Shown here: positions 18,539-29,588 of the stretch, piece by piece
Position numbering within the stretch: position 1 is the first letter of the stretch
Layout of the letters: each line of letters starts with the position of its first letter
NCBI GenBank assembly: GCA_963706575.1
Contig: CAVPNL010000015.1
Coordinates: 352,001-416,000, forward strand
DNA: 64,000 nucleotides
From: an uncultured delta proteobacterium
Lineage (GTDB): Bacteria; Desulfobacterota; Desulfobacteria; Desulfobacterales; JAHEIW01
Direction of reading: 5' to 3'
Position numbers and translations under genes: made by a program
The notes under the pieces: model-generated
What the model saw: only the letters and a program-made list of their open reading frames with translations
Databases searched by the model: none
What the model was told of the DNA's origin: nothing

Positions 18539-18649
18539 TTCGGGATTGCCGATCTTACCGCATCTACCGCGTCAGATGCCGTCCCGCATAGTCAACTATA
18601 GCGCAACGACATCTTCCTTGTAGCTGCGGCAACCTCGACAATCGCTCAA
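18539..18649. repeat. Long imperfect hairpin in the rhlB upstream region
   Basis: Nested pairings GATTG/CAATC, CCGCA/TGCGG, CTAC/GTAG, AGATG/CATCT and ATAG/CTAT. Confidence 0.5.
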
Positions 18650-18822
18650 TTTAGGTTTTTCTGAGTATATAAACAGTCTCATATCGATTTTTTGCTCGGA
18701 GTGATTATATACTTTTAACAGGCTGTTTTGCAAGCAGTGAGAATTCTACTGTTTGAATTAAGTTACGTCGTATGCTAACAGAAGACGCGTTCTCTTCGCT
18801 CACGTCATATTGGAACAATGTT

Positions 18823-20052
18823 ATGAAAGAATTCTTCAAAGTTACAGATTTACAAACGGTTTTAGAATACCGTACAAAATTCCTACAGGTCAAGACCGAA
18901 AATATCCCGCTGGTGGAATCGGTTGGGCGCATACTGGCGGAAGATATGGTTGCCGATGATGATCTGCCGGACTTCCCGCGAGCCATTGTGGACGGCTACG
19001 CTGTTAAAGGCGCATCCACCTTTGGGTCCAGTGAAGGCAACCCCGCCTATCTAACGCTCAGCGGTAGCATCGCCATGGGAGAATCGCCGGAAATTGACGT
19101 TGGTCCCGGAGAAGCCGCTCAAATCGCCACCGGCGGAATGCTACCGCAGGGTGCGGACAGCGTGGTCATGATTGAACACACCGAAGCCATTGATGACTCC
19201 ACCATTGAAGTTTACCGCAGTGTCGCCCCCGGCCAGAACATGATTGCCATCGGTGAAGATATCAAAAAGCAAACGCGTGTCCTTTTGAAAGGACAAATGA
19301 TTCGCCCCCAGGAGGCAGGGCTTTTAGCCGCTCTGGGCAAACAGCAGGTTACCGTTTATCAAAAACCGCTCATCGGTATTATTTCCACCGGAGACGAAAT
19401 TGTGCCCATCAGCGAGACACCGAGTCGCGGACAGATACGCGATATCAATACGTACACGCTTTCGGGTCTGATTCACGACGCCGGAGCAGTGGCTGTCTCC
19501 TACGGAATCGTGCGTGATGATTTTAAAATCCTGTTTAAAAAATGCAAACTCGCACTTGAGCAGTGTGATATGATTTTAATTTCCGGTGGCAGTTCGGTCG
19601 GCGCGCGTGACTTTACGGTTGATGTTCTTTCAGACCTGCAGGATGCAAAAATCCTGGTTCACGGCATATCCATCTCACCCGGCAAACCTACCATCCTGGC
19701 AAAAGTCCAAAAAAAGGCGTTCTGGGGAATGCCCGGGCATGTGGTGTCGGCCATGGTTGTATTTTCAAGAGTGGTCAAACCGTTTGTCGAGCATCTTAGC
19801 GGACAAGTGGCTGGTCAGAAAAAAGAACTGCGGCTACAGGCCAAGCTAAGCAGAAATGTCGCTTCGCGGCAGGGTCGCATTGATTTTATCCGGGTTCAAC
19901 TTCGTCTTGTAGAAGGTCGGCTCTGGGCGGATCCGGTGCTTGGCAAATCCGGGCTTATCAGCACCATGGTCAAGGCCGATGGTCTGATTGAAATCGATAT
20001 CAATACCGAAGGGCTGGATAAAGGGGATCAGGTAGAGGTCATCCCGGTGTAA
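18823..20052 (+). CDS. moeA: Molybdopterin molybdotransferase (gephyrin-like)
   Basis: GRILAED, DGYAV, IATGGMLPQGADSVVMIE, STGDE, SGGSSVG..D and PGKP motifs. Confidence 0.93.
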   Translation: MKEFFKVTDLQTVLEYRTKFLQVKTENIPLVESVGRILAEDMVADDDLPDFPRAIVDGYAVKGASTFGSSEGNPAYLTLSGSIAMGESPEIDVGPGEAAQIATGGMLPQGADSVVMIEHTEAIDDSTIEVYRSVAPGQNMIAIGEDIKKQTRVLLKGQMIRPQEAGLLAALGKQQVTVYQKPLIGIISTGDEIVPISETPSRGQIRDINTYTLSGLIHDAGAVAVSYGIVRDDFKILFKKCKLALEQCDMILISGGSSVGARDFTVDVLSDLQDAKILVHGISISPGKPTILAKVQKKAFWGMPGHVVSAMVVFSRVVKPFVEHLSGQVAGQKKELRLQAKLSRNVASRQGRIDFIRVQLRLVEGRLWADPVLGKSGLISTMVKADGLIEIDINTEGLDKGDQVEVIPV

Positions 20053-20107
20053 ATTTATTATCTGGACCTACAAGTCTGTTGAGCCCAGCTTTAATAATTT
20101 CCTATCT

Positions 20108-20208
20108 GTTGGATTGGTTCGATTGGTTTTATTTGTTTGATTGGTTAAAAGAAGGAACAGAGTGCTTTTAACGAATTGAACCAATTCAACCAATAAAACT
20201 AATTAAAC
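20108..20208. repeat. 9-bp-period inverted repeat element (ATTGGTT / AACCAAT family)
   Basis: GTTGGATTGGTTCGATTGGTTTTATTTGTTTGATTGGTT ... AACGAATTGAACCAATTCAACCAATAAAACTAATTAAAC. Related copy at 52843-52932. Confidence 0.75.
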
Positions 20209-20265
20209 GGCTGTTTAACGTCTCAGAGATTAATTTTCAAATGAGCCAATAGTCAGGAATAAACA

Positions 20266-22194
20266 ATGACTTTTAAACGCAACGTCTATCTAAAAATGAA
20301 GACCCTGCAGGAAGCACGGGACATTCTTTTTCAAACGTTTGGGGATTTGCCGCCGCTGCCGGCTGAAAAAATTTCGGTTCCGGATGCCGTTGGCCGCGTT
20401 CTGGCGGAACCAGTCAATGCACGGCTATCATCACCGAACTTCCATCTGGCAGCCATGGACGGGCTGGCGGTAAAGGCTGAAATCACCTTTGGCGCAAGCG
20501 CTGCAGCACCCAGGGAGCTTGTCATCGATCGGGATGCCTTTTACGTCAACACGGGCCATGTCCTGCCGAAAGATACCGATGCGGTCATCATGGTCGAAAA
20601 TGTCAACGAACTGGATGAAGAACGCGTCGAGATCGAAGCACCGGCATTTCCATGGCAAAACGTCCGCAGGGTTGGAGAAGACATTGTCGCCACCGAGCTG
20701 CTTTTCCCGCAAAACCATGTCATCACACCTTATTGCGTGGGAGCCCTGTTGGCAGGCGGTGTGTTCAGCGTTGCGGTCAAATCAAAACCGAAAGTGCTGA
20801 TTATTCCCACCGGATCGGAACTGGTAGACTGGCGCAATCTCCAATTGCATGACTTTAAGCCGGGACAGGTGCTGGAAACCAATTCATTTGTTCTGGGTAA
20901 GCTGATTGAAAAGTGCGGGGGCACCTTCAGGCGCCACGAGATGGTCGTTGACGATACCGCTAAGATTAAACAGGCCCTAAAAAACGCCCTAAAAGAAGAT
21001 TATCAGTTGATCATGGTTCTGGGCGGATCTTCAGCCGGTTCTGAGGATTTCGCCAAAACAGCAATTGTGGATCTGGGTGAAATTAAAGTCCACGGGGTAA
21101 CCATTATGCCCGGCAAACCGGTTGTCATCGGAGCTGTGGAAAATAAGCCGGTCTTTGGCATTCCCGGTTACCCGGTGTCTGCCATTATTGCTTTTGAACA
21201 ATTTGTTCAACCCCTGTTATATGCGCTTCTGGGCCAACCTCATCCGCAAAAGGAAACCATCACGGTACAGCCGACCAAAAAGATCGCTTCCAAACTCGGG
21301 GTGGAAGAATTTTTGCGCGTAAAACTGGGTGAAGTGGGCGGCCGCATTGTCGCCACCCCGTTGCCCAGAGGGGCCGGCACCATAACATCCATTACCGAAG
21401 CCGACGGCATCATCCGCATACCGAATCACGTTGAGGGCATCAACGAAACCGAGAAAGTCTCCGCCGAACTGCTTCGTCCGCTTGCGGCCATTCGCCGAAC
21501 CATTGTTATCGTGGGAAGCCATGACAATTCCCTGGATGTGTTGGCTGACCAGCTTAAGGCCGGTCACAGTGAATTGACGCTGTCCTCGAGCCATGTGGGC
21601 AGCATGGGGGGGCTGATGGCGATTAAACGCGGCGTCTGCCATCTGGCCGGCACTCACCTTTTGGATACCGAAGACGGCTCCTATAACCGATCCTATCTTA
21701 AAAAATATCTGCCGGATACGGCTGTCAAACTCATCCATCTGGTTCAACGCGATCAGGGCCTGATTGTAAAGCCGGGCAATCCGAAGGAGATACATGGAAT
21801 TGAAGATATCGGCCGCAAGGACGTCAGCTTTATCAACCGGCAGGTAGGATCCGGCACCCGGATTTTACTGGACTACAAACTAAACCAGCTGGGCATTAAA
21901 GCGGATGCCATCAACGGTTATCAAAATGAAGAATTTACCCATATGGCTGTGGCAGTTTCTGTCCTCAGCGGATCAGAGGACACCGGCCTGGGGATTTATG
22001 CGGCAGCCAAAGCCCTGAATTTAGATTTCATCCCGGTGGTCACCGAGCAATATGACCTGGTGGTTCCCCAGGAATATTTCGAAACCGAACCGGTCCAAAT
22101 TCTGCTTGATATCATAAACAGCCCGGCGTTCAAACAACGGGTAGAGGCCCTGGGCGGGTACAGTACAAAAAATACAGGCGCTGTTATTTTATAG
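20266..22194 (+). CDS. moeA: MoeA fused to a C-terminal PBP/LysR-substrate-binding-like domain
   Basis: MoeA motifs (AAMDGLAV, PTGSE, PGKP, PGYPVS) followed by GSHD..VGSMGGL..HL..NRQ.GSGTR. Confidence 0.9.
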   Translation: MTFKRNVYLKMKTLQEARDILFQTFGDLPPLPAEKISVPDAVGRVLAEPVNARLSSPNFHLAAMDGLAVKAEITFGASAAAPRELVIDRDAFYVNTGHVLPKDTDAVIMVENVNELDEERVEIEAPAFPWQNVRRVGEDIVATELLFPQNHVITPYCVGALLAGGVFSVAVKSKPKVLIIPTGSELVDWRNLQLHDFKPGQVLETNSFVLGKLIEKCGGTFRRHEMVVDDTAKIKQALKNALKEDYQLIMVLGGSSAGSEDFAKTAIVDLGEIKVHGVTIMPGKPVVIGAVENKPVFGIPGYPVSAIIAFEQFVQPLLYALLGQPHPQKETITVQPTKKIASKLGVEEFLRVKLGEVGGRIVATPLPRGAGTITSITEADGIIRIPNHVEGINETEKVSAELLRPLAAIRRTIVIVGSHDNSLDVLADQLKAGHSELTLSSSHVGSMGGLMAIKRGVCHLAGTHLLDTEDGSYNRSYLKKYLPDTAVKLIHLVQRDQGLIVKPGNPKEIHGIEDIGRKDVSFINRQVGSGTRILLDYKLNQLGIKADAINGYQNEEFTHMAVAVSVLSGSEDTGLGIYAAAKALNLDFIPVVTEQYDLVVPQEYFETEPVQILLDIINSPAFKQRVEALGGYSTKNTGAVIL

Positions 22195-22243
22195 CTGGCG
22201 TAATAGTCGATAATCACGCTAATCAGTGAAACTCAAACACAAG

Positions 22244-22335
22244 GCAGAGAGCAAAGCGCATAGGGCATAGCGTTTAGAATAAATGATGCTCCGCATAATG
22301 ATTCTACGCCATGCTCCATGCGCTATGCCCTTTGC
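22244..22335. repeat. 7-bp-period inverted repeat (GCATAG/GCAAAG units)
   Basis: GCAGAGAGCAAAGCGCATAGGGCATAGCG ... CGCCATGCTCCATGCGCTATGCCCTTTGC. Confidence 0.75.
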
Positions 22336-22408
22336 TGTCGTTTAACGGGTTGATAATCAATTGATAATCGCCAGTTTTTAACATCCACAAAGCACAAAAC
22401 AGGTATGT

Positions 22409-23239
22409 ATGAATTCTAGCGAGGCGATTCTTTTGGGTATCATCCAGGGCCTGACCGAATTTTTACCGGTTAGCAGTTCGGGGCACCTGGTACTGTTTCA
22501 ACAACTGTTCGGGCTGAAGGAAGCCGAGTTGTTTTTCGATGTGTGCGTCCACCTGGGAACGCTGCTGGCGGTCATTGTTGTCTTTCACCGGGAAATACAG
22601 AATATAATAGCGGCGCTGTTGCGGCTTGTTTCTATAACAGCGAAAAAAGAAAAATTCTGGCAGCAGGTTGAATCCGACCCGGACTTAAAAATGGCTTTGC
22701 TTATCATCATCGGGTCCATTCCAACCGCGATCCTGGGGCTCATATTTCACAGTATCGCCGATAAGCTGTTTTCATCGCCGTTTTTCACCGGCCTGATGCT
22801 GATGGTAACCGGATTGCTTCTATGGCTAACCCGCCGTGCCAAAACCGGTGGAAAGGGACCGGACATCGAAGGTTTCTCCAGAACAAAAGCATTTATAATC
22901 GGAATTATACAAGGGCTGGCCATCATCCCCGGGCTTTCCAGATCGGGTTCTACGATCAGCATCGGCCTGTTGCTGGGTATCAACCGTGAAATAGCTGCCA
23001 GATATTCATTTTTACTTTCGATACCAGCCATTATCGGGGCCGGACTGCTGAGCCTTAAAGAGGGTCTATCTCAGACGGATTTGGCTATTCAGATTTCACT
23101 GTTGGGTGCCGCAACGGCAGCTCTTGTCGGTTACGGGGCTTTAAAAGTGCTGCTTCGTATGGTTAAAAAGGGGCATCTGTATGTGTTTGCACCTTACTGC
23201 TGGCTGGCGGGCATTCTGGCAATCGTTTTTAGCTGGTAG
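22409..23239 (+). CDS. uppP: Undecaprenyl-diphosphate phosphatase
   Basis: QGLTEFLPVSSSGHL and PGLSRSGSTI motifs. Confidence 0.95.
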   Translation: MNSSEAILLGIIQGLTEFLPVSSSGHLVLFQQLFGLKEAELFFDVCVHLGTLLAVIVVFHREIQNIIAALLRLVSITAKKEKFWQQVESDPDLKMALLIIIGSIPTAILGLIFHSIADKLFSSPFFTGLMLMVTGLLLWLTRRAKTGGKGPDIEGFSRTKAFIIGIIQGLAIIPGLSRSGSTISIGLLLGINREIAARYSFLLSIPAIIGAGLLSLKEGLSQTDLAIQISLLGAATAALVGYGALKVLLRMVKKGHLYVFAPYCWLAGILAIVFSW

Positions 23240-23241
23240 AC

Positions 23242-24423
23242 ATGAATTTAGGTGATAAAAAAATATTTGCCACACTTTTCTTTTCCATATTCGCCACCGT
23301 CACCGGGGTGGGAATTGTGGTGCCGCTGCTTCCGATTTACGCGCACGACTTAGGGGCCAGCGGCTTTTTTGTTGGATTGATTTTTGGCGCTTTTTCACTG
23401 GGGCGAATATTTTGCCTGCCATATTTTGGGCGCCTTTCAGACCTTAAAGGACGCAAGCCCCTGATCGTTCCCGGGCTTCTGGCGTATGCGGCCATCTCAT
23501 TGGGATTTGTTTTTTTCAAGGAGGTCAACGCCCTCATTATTCTGCGGTTTTTTCAAGGAATTGCCTCGGCCATGCTGATGCCCATCATTCAGGCCTATGT
23601 CGGTGATATTACACCTCCTGGAAATGAAGGATTCACAATGGGGCTGTTTAATATGTCCATGTTCTGCGGTTTAAGCATTGGACCATTATTGGGCGGTGTC
23701 ATCCATGACCGTTTCAGTCTTGAAACCGCATTTATCTGTATGGGAGTGCTGGCACTCATCGGGTTTTTATTATGTCTTTTTTTGCTGCCCCCAACCCGCT
23801 CTGAAAAAAATATCAGCAGCGGGAAATCACCTATCGAATGGAAGCAACTTTTCCTTGATCGGGACATCGCCAGCATATTTCTTTTCAGATTCTCCCATAT
23901 CCTGTGCATCGGAATTGTCTGGGCCTTCTTGCCGCTTTTTGCAAGATTAAAATTTTCATCTTCAAGTTCAGCCATCGGAATTTTAATCATGCTGGGTGTG
24001 CTCGTCAGCGGAGCGCTGCACGTCCCCATGGGACTACTGGCGGACAAACTGAGCAAAAAATGGATGGTGATTGCCGGCGGCTTGATCGTTGCGTGTGCCG
24101 TTTTTTCGTTTGAATGGGTCCAGGACTTCTGGGGACTGGTATGGGCCAGTATTTTTTTTGGAATCGGTGGGGGTATTGCCATGCCGGCCCTGATGGCCAT
24201 CGCAGTCGTTAAGGGCGGCGAAACCGATTCGATGGGATCGGTGATGGCAATTTTAACAATGGCCCACAGCCTGGGTATGCTTTGTGGATCCTTGATCGGC
24301 GGCATGATGATGGATGTGTATCAGCTGCGCGCTGCTTTCCCGCTGGGTGCGGCCGTTATGGCTGTAACCGTCGCTGTTTTTTTTGTCAGTACGCGTTCCC
24401 GCAGAAGATTATCGAATTGTTAA
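23242..24423 (+). CDS. MFS transporter (DHA1-like)
   Basis: GRLSDLKGRK motif A, RFFQG, GPLLGG, about 12 TM segments. Confidence 0.9.
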   Translation: MNLGDKKIFATLFFSIFATVTGVGIVVPLLPIYAHDLGASGFFVGLIFGAFSLGRIFCLPYFGRLSDLKGRKPLIVPGLLAYAAISLGFVFFKEVNALIILRFFQGIASAMLMPIIQAYVGDITPPGNEGFTMGLFNMSMFCGLSIGPLLGGVIHDRFSLETAFICMGVLALIGFLLCLFLLPPTRSEKNISSGKSPIEWKQLFLDRDIASIFLFRFSHILCIGIVWAFLPLFARLKFSSSSSAIGILIMLGVLVSGALHVPMGLLADKLSKKWMVIAGGLIVACAVFSFEWVQDFWGLVWASIFFGIGGGIAMPALMAIAVVKGGETDSMGSVMAILTMAHSLGMLCGSLIGGMMMDVYQLRAAFPLGAAVMAVTVAVFFVSTRSRRRLSNC

Positions 24424-24580
24424 ATTGACATCAATCATAGGTGCATTACATTAGAACAAAACAAGTTCGAGGCTTTGCCCCGATTGGAATGTTGGAATGT
24501 TTGAAAAATTCATGTCTCAAAAGCTACTTAGAATATTCATTCAGTTGTAGAAATTCCGAGACGTTTAAGTGGAAGAATCT

Positions 24581-25696
24581 ATGAGTACCAAACGGGATTA
24601 TTACGAAATTTTAAATGTCAACCGCAATGCCACCGACGACGAATTAAAAACAGCCTACCGCCAACTGGCACTAAAATACCACCCGGACCGAAATCCAGAC
24701 GACAAATCAGCTGAAGAAAAATTTAAGGAAGCGGCTGAGGCTTACGAGGTTCTGCGGGATTCGCAAAAGCGTTCTCTTTATGATCAATACGGCCATGCCG
24801 GGCTTGAAAATACCGGATTTCAAGGTTTCGGCGGCTTTGAGGATATTTTTTCAAGCTTTGGAGACATTTTTGAGGATTTTTTCGGTTTCACATCCCGGCG
24901 GTCCTCAAGGAGCCGGGCCATGCCCGGAGCCGATTTGCGATATGATCTGAGTCTGAACTTTATGGAAGCGGTTTCTGGAACGGAGACCGAAATTGAAATC
25001 GAAAAGCGGGAAATTTGTCCCGTCTGTAGCGGCAATGGCTGCGAAAAAGGCACCGAACCGGAAACCTGCCGGCATTGCAATGGTATCGGTCAAGTTTCCC
25101 GAAGTCAGGGATTCTTTACGGTCCGCACCACCTGTCCGACATGCCGCGGAAATGGCCAGATCATTGCGCATCCCTGTTCGAAATGCCGCGGCACGGGACA
25201 GGTGATGGCCAGCAAAAAAGTCGCGGTTAAAATTCCGGCCGGAGTTGATAACGGTTCCAGATTGCGGTTGACCGGCGAGGGCGAGCCCGGTGTCTATGGA
25301 GGTCCTCCCGGCGATCTCTATGTTTTCCTGTATGTGAAGCCCCATGAATTCTTCAAGCGCCGGGATACGGATATTATTTGTGAGGTCCAGATCTCTTTTG
25401 TCCAGGCCGCACTGGGTGATAAAATCAGTGTTCCGACCTTAAACGGCAACAAAAACCTCGAGATTCCAAAAGGGACTCAACCGGGTGACGTATTTTATTT
25501 CAACGGAAAAGGCATCCCGTCTTTAAGAACCCGCGGACGGGGTGACCAGATTATCCAGGTGGCAATTAAAACACCCACCCATCTGAGCAAAAAACAGGAA
25601 GCCATTCTAAAAGAATTTGCCGAGCTTGAAACAAAAAAACTTTCGAGTAAAATCAAGAATATCCTCAAAAAAGATTCCGGCAAAGCAGCCAACTAG
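24581..25696 (+). CDS. dnaJ: Chaperone DnaJ
   Basis: J domain with HPD, a G/F region and four CxxCxGxG repeats. Confidence 0.97.
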   Translation: MSTKRDYYEILNVNRNATDDELKTAYRQLALKYHPDRNPDDKSAEEKFKEAAEAYEVLRDSQKRSLYDQYGHAGLENTGFQGFGGFEDIFSSFGDIFEDFFGFTSRRSSRSRAMPGADLRYDLSLNFMEAVSGTETEIEIEKREICPVCSGNGCEKGTEPETCRHCNGIGQVSRSQGFFTVRTTCPTCRGNGQIIAHPCSKCRGTGQVMASKKVAVKIPAGVDNGSRLRLTGEGEPGVYGGPPGDLYVFLYVKPHEFFKRRDTDIICEVQISFVQAALGDKISVPTLNGNKNLEIPKGTQPGDVFYFNGKGIPSLRTRGRGDQIIQVAIKTPTHLSKKQEAILKEFAELETKKLSSKIKNILKKDSGKAAN

Positions 25697-25906
25697 GATA
25701 TTTTGGATTGCGGATTGCGGATAGCGGATTTTGGATTTTACGATATTGACAATTACAGAACGAAATCAAATTCAGTTGATGCCCCAACTTGTTTCACCAT
25801 TATTCCACTATTCCATTTTTCCACTATGCCAATGACAAAGGGCAGCCTGATAATCTGATAACCATATGATTTTTTATTTTAAATACGAACATCATGGGTA
25901 GAGAAT

Positions 25907-26278
25907 ATGTATGAATTAAAAGTGGTGACCCGTTTTGCTGCGGCACACCAGCTAGCGATGGTCGGATCCAAATGTGAAAACATGCACGGCCACAACTGGA
26001 AAATCGAAGTCTATGTAACCGGTGATAAATTAAATGCCGGTGGCGTCCTGGTAGACTTCGGAGAGATCAAGGCCCATCTGGCCGGGGTGATGAAAAAATT
26101 GGATCACAAATTTTTAAACGAACTGGATTATATACCTGACGGAAAGCCCTCGTCGGAAAACATCGCCTATTTTGTTGCAACAGAGCTTCAATCCAAAATA
26201 GACAATTCCTCTGCCCGGATCAGCCGGGTTACCGCCTGGGAGTCCGATGATGCGTGTGCGACGTATGTCGTCGAGTGA
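25907..26278 (+). CDS. queD: 6-carboxytetrahydropterin synthase
   Basis: FAAAH, CENMHGHNW, DFG, LDHKFLN, SSENIA and WES motifs. Confidence 0.95.
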   Translation: MYELKVVTRFAAAHQLAMVGSKCENMHGHNWKIEVYVTGDKLNAGGVLVDFGEIKAHLAGVMKKLDHKFLNELDYIPDGKPSSENIAYFVATELQSKIDNSSARISRVTAWESDDACATYVVE

Positions 26279-26343
26279 TGATTCTGGGGTATATTTGTAA
26301 GTTAACAAGGTTTAAAACATCCGAGGCTTCAACTTGCTTTCTG

Positions 26344-26496
26344 GTTTCAGGTGTCGGGTGTCAGGTGTCAGAATTGATTGAGATGAAAATTCGACGGGTC
26401 AGATGCTGAACACTGAAACCTGAAACCTTCCTTTTCCTGAACCTGACACCTGAACACTGAACCCTTCCCTTTCCTGACACCTGACACCTGAAACCT
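26344..26496. repeat. 7-bp-period inverted repeat (TCAGGTG / CTGACAC-CTGAAAC units)
   Basis: TTTCAGGTGTCGGGTGTCAGGTGTCAG on the left. Three blocks of CTGAACACTGAAAC/CTGACACCTGA on the right. Confidence 0.85.
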
Positions 26497-26498
26497 CA

Positions 26499-27059
26499 TT
26501 ATTTAAGTGTTTTGTACCGCTCCACCAGTTCATCCCGGGTGACAATACTGGATACATGCGCTACGTGCCGCCGGATGTTATCGATCCCGCCTTCCTGCCG
26601 ATCAACAAGAATAACGGCCCTGACAACTTCGAGCCCCTCGGAACGCGCTCGCTCGATAGCCTTAATCGTGGAGCCGCCGGTGGTGGCTACGTCATCGATA
26701 ATCGCCACCCGCTCACCCGGCTGAACATCACCCTCAATCCAGCGAATCATTCCATGATCTTTGCGGGTTTTGCGAATGGAAAACGCATTTATCGGCCTTG
26801 ACTTCAATTCGGAGGCAAAAGCGGTGGCGACCGCCAGAGGATCGGCCCCAAAGGTTAACCCACCAACTCCGGTCACATCGTCGTTTTTAATCTCCTCAAA
26901 TAACAGCTGTCCTGCCAGAAACATGCCCCGGGCGCAGAGGGTAACCGGTTTGCAATTCACATAAAATTGACTCATGCGGCCCGATACCAGTTTATAGATC
27001 GGCTCTTTGCTGTATTTAAAAGATTTTTTGCACAGCATATCGATCAATTCTGCTTTCAT
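26499..27059 (-). CDS. pyrE: Orotate phosphoribosyltransferase
   Basis: [31 protein letters not shown] motif, LVDRQEG. Confidence 0.95.
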   Translation of the reverse strand: MKAELIDMLCKKSFKYSKEPIYKLVSGRMSQFYVNCKPVTLCARGMFLAGQLLFEEIKNDDVTGVGGLTFGADPLAVATAFASELKSRPINAFSIRKTRKDHGMIRWIEGDVQPGERVAIIDDVATTGGSTIKAIERARSEGLEVVRAVILVDRQEGGIDNIRRHVAHVSSIVTRDELVERYKTLK

Positions 27060-27137
27060 TACGACTGCTCCTGTATCAGAATGTTGAGGATGTAAAAATT
27101 AAACTTTGAGCAAAACCATGAACTCAAAAATATTCAT

Positions 27138-27240
27138 ACCACGAAAGCACCAAAATATAAAAACACGAAATTCCATTCAGCGAGTAAACTAATTCGCTTT
27201 CTTTATTTTTCGTGCTTCCACTATTTCGTTTTTTCGGGGA
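27138..27240. repeat. Inverted repeat element (CACGAAA units)
   Basis: ACCACGAAAGCACCAAAATATAAAAACACGAAA ... TTTCGTGCTTCCACTATTTCGTTTTTTCGGGG. Confidence 0.6.
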
Positions 27241-27522
27241 TATTTTGCTTTTTTTTAAATACCCACATATTGTATTGCTCAAATCTGCAAATTCGATTGG
27301 ATCCGTTTATCAAGAAAACATTGATTTTAACACCTTGTTTCGATATAAAAAAGCCTCCACTGAAATAGAAGAAGCCTGTTAATGGGATTCAGCGGAGGCT
27401 TTAAGCAAGGAAAACCCGGAAAGGCACTCCTTGAACTCGTCCAGGAATGTACCAGTAAAATCCAGGTGGGTCAACTCGGTATCTCAAAACGGTTTAGCCG
27501 TTAAATCAAAACAGATTAAGGT

Positions 27523-28875
27523 GTGAAGATGAAAAATCTGGTTTTTCGGGATCTATTTTTTTATTGGGTCATTGGGTGCCTGGCGCTCTTGCCGTTGGCT
27601 TCGAATGCAGACGATTCGATTGAAAATCTATCGTTAAAAGACACTATCGAAATGGCCATTGATGCCAATCTGAACCTGAAGCAATCCCGGGAAGAAGTCA
27701 AGGCGGCCGAAGAAACCCGCAAGGCGAGCATTACTCGGTTCCTGCCTACTTTCAGTACCTCCTATGACTATCTGCATCGCAATAAAGAACTGACCCAGGG
27801 GCTTACCGGAATTGGAGGGGGTCCAGAATTTATTGTCCGCCCCGATGATCAATATACCTTTGTAACCTCTTTTAACCAGCCGATATTCAGTGGATTTTCG
27901 CTGATTAACCAGTACAGGGTTGCGGATCTGGGTCTCGATGCGGCCGAATTCGGCGAAAAAGTCACCCGTCAGGATGTGATTCTGGATGCCAAGAATGCAT
28001 TTTACTCGGTCTTAAAAGCTGAAAAACTGATGGGGGTTTCCAAGCAGCGCGTCACTCAGATTGCCGCCCAAAAGGATGTGGCTGAAAATTTTTATGAGGT
28101 GGGAATGTCCCCGCTCAATGATCTGCTGGAGGCCCAGGCATCGCTGGCCAATGCCCGGCAGGATTTTATCGTGGCCCAAAACAATCTTGAGATCGCCAGA
28201 TCCCAGTTCAACACCATCCTGCGACGTCCGGTGAATGCGCCGGTGAAAATAGAGGACATCCTCGACTACTCACCCTTTGTCTATGATTTCGATTATTGTT
28301 TGGAAACAGCCAAAGAAAACCGTCTCGAAATTACACTTGCCGATCTGGAGGTCGAAATCGCCGAAAAAGAAGTCGCGCTGGCTAAAAAAGATTTTCTCCC
28401 TTCGGTCAATTTAAGGGGAAATTATACTCGCACCGGCGATGATTATAAAGCCAAGGGCGGGGAGGGCATTACCGATGCTGCCAGCTGGGAAATCCAGGCC
28501 GTCGCCGAATGGGAATTCTGGCAATGGGGTCGAACTCATTTTGGCGTAAGAGAAAAATTGCACCGCCTTTCCCAGGCTCAATATCGCCGATTGCAAATCC
28601 AGGACAACATTGAACTGGAGGTTAAGACATCATTTCTGCGGACCAAAGAAAGTGAAAAAAATATCATCACCGTCGAAAAGGCAATTGAGCAGGCCAAAGA
28701 GAACTTTCGAATAAACCAGGAACGCTTTAAAGAACAGGTGGCCACGACCACCGAGGTTCTGGACGCCCAGACCCTGCTGTCAAATACCCTCACCAATTAT
28801 TTTAAGGCCTTATATGATTTTAAGATTTCAAAAGCCACGTTGTTCCGTTCGATGGGCCAGGAAGTGATGGAATGA
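27523..28875 (+). CDS. TolC-family outer membrane efflux protein
   Basis: Signal peptide and two OEP repeats (FLPTFS / FLPSVNL, G.S...DLLEAQ, EVLDAQ). Confidence 0.9.
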   Translation: MKMKNLVFRDLFFYWVIGCLALLPLASNADDSIENLSLKDTIEMAIDANLNLKQSREEVKAAEETRKASITRFLPTFSTSYDYLHRNKELTQGLTGIGGGPEFIVRPDDQYTFVTSFNQPIFSGFSLINQYRVADLGLDAAEFGEKVTRQDVILDAKNAFYSVLKAEKLMGVSKQRVTQIAAQKDVAENFYEVGMSPLNDLLEAQASLANARQDFIVAQNNLEIARSQFNTILRRPVNAPVKIEDILDYSPFVYDFDYCLETAKENRLEITLADLEVEIAEKEVALAKKDFLPSVNLRGNYTRTGDDYKAKGGEGITDAASWEIQAVAEWEFWQWGRTHFGVREKLHRLSQAQYRRLQIQDNIELEVKTSFLRTKESEKNIITVEKAIEQAKENFRINQERFKEQVATTTEVLDAQTLLSNTLTNYFKALYDFKISKATLFRSMGQEVME

Positions 28876-29588
28876 TTGAAGCAGATGCGAAACGCTCCAT
28901 AATTCGGATGTTCCATGTTCATCACAATTACGGTACCAAAAAGGCCCTGATTGATATTACCCTTGATATTTCTAAAAATGACTTTGTATTTATCACCGGT
29001 CCAAGCGGAGCGGGAAAAACTACCCTGCTAAAACTCCTGTATCTGGCCGAATCGGTGTCAGAAGGTCAGGTCCTGATAGACGGCATCAACCTTTCCCGCA
29101 TTCCTCGCAAACGCATCCCGTTTCTGCGCAGAAAATTCGGAATTATTTTCCAGGATTATAAGCTCATCGCCAGTCGAACCGTATTTGACAATGTCTCGCT
29201 TGTGCTGGCGGCCGCCGGCAAAAAAAGGCGGTTGATTCAAAAAAAAGTCAGAAGCGTGCTGCGGTTGGTCGGTATGGAGGATCGGCAAAACGCCTTCCCG
29301 CCAAGTTTGTCCGGTGGAGAACAGCAGCGGGTGGCCGTTGCCCGCGCCATCATCGGTGACCCCAAAATCATCCTGGCCGATGAGCCCACCGGAAGCCTGG
29401 ATGATGATTCCGCCAATATCATTATGGATTTGCTCAACGGCGTTCACATCAGGGGAACCACGGTTATCGTTGCAACCCATGACAACGATCTTATAAGAAA
29501 AACCGGTGGTCGGGTCCTGCTTTTAAAACAGGGACGATTGGAAGGATCGACGTTTACTGAAAAGCATTATGACGATTCTATTTTTTAA
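28872..29588 (+). CDS. ftsE: Cell division ATP-binding protein FtsE
   Basis: [34 protein letters not shown] and DEPTG motifs. Directly upstream of ftsX. Confidence 0.92.
   Translation: MIEADAKRSIIRMFHVHHNYGTKKALIDITLDISKNDFVFITGPSGAGKTTLLKLLYLAESVSEGQVLIDGINLSRIPRKRIPFLRRKFGIIFQDYKLIASRTVFDNVSLVLAAAGKKRRLIQKKVRSVLRLVGMEDRQNAFPPSLSGGEQQRVAVARAIIGDPKIILADEPTGSLDDDSANIIMDLLNGVHIRGTTVIVATHDNDLIRKTGGRVLLLKQGRLEGSTFTEKHYDDSIF

Noticed and set aside
18823..22194. Tandem moeA genes, one with a PBP-like domain
   Set aside because: A familiar arrangement in Mo/W-using anaerobes and archaea, so not novel.
24425..24580. CIRCE/HrcA operator upstream of dnaJ
   Set aside because: No TTAGCACTC-N9-GAGTGCTAA is present, only a TTGACA-N16-TACATT promoter-like sequence.
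26344..26496. Short repeats considered as a CRISPR array
   Set aside because: Units are 7 bp, inverted and lack unique spacers, and there are no cas genes in the window.
27349..27470. Hairpins upstream of tolC (AAAGCCTCCACTGAA/TTCAGCGGAGGCTTT) as a riboswitch
   Set aside because: A stem is present, but I could not identify an aptamer consensus.
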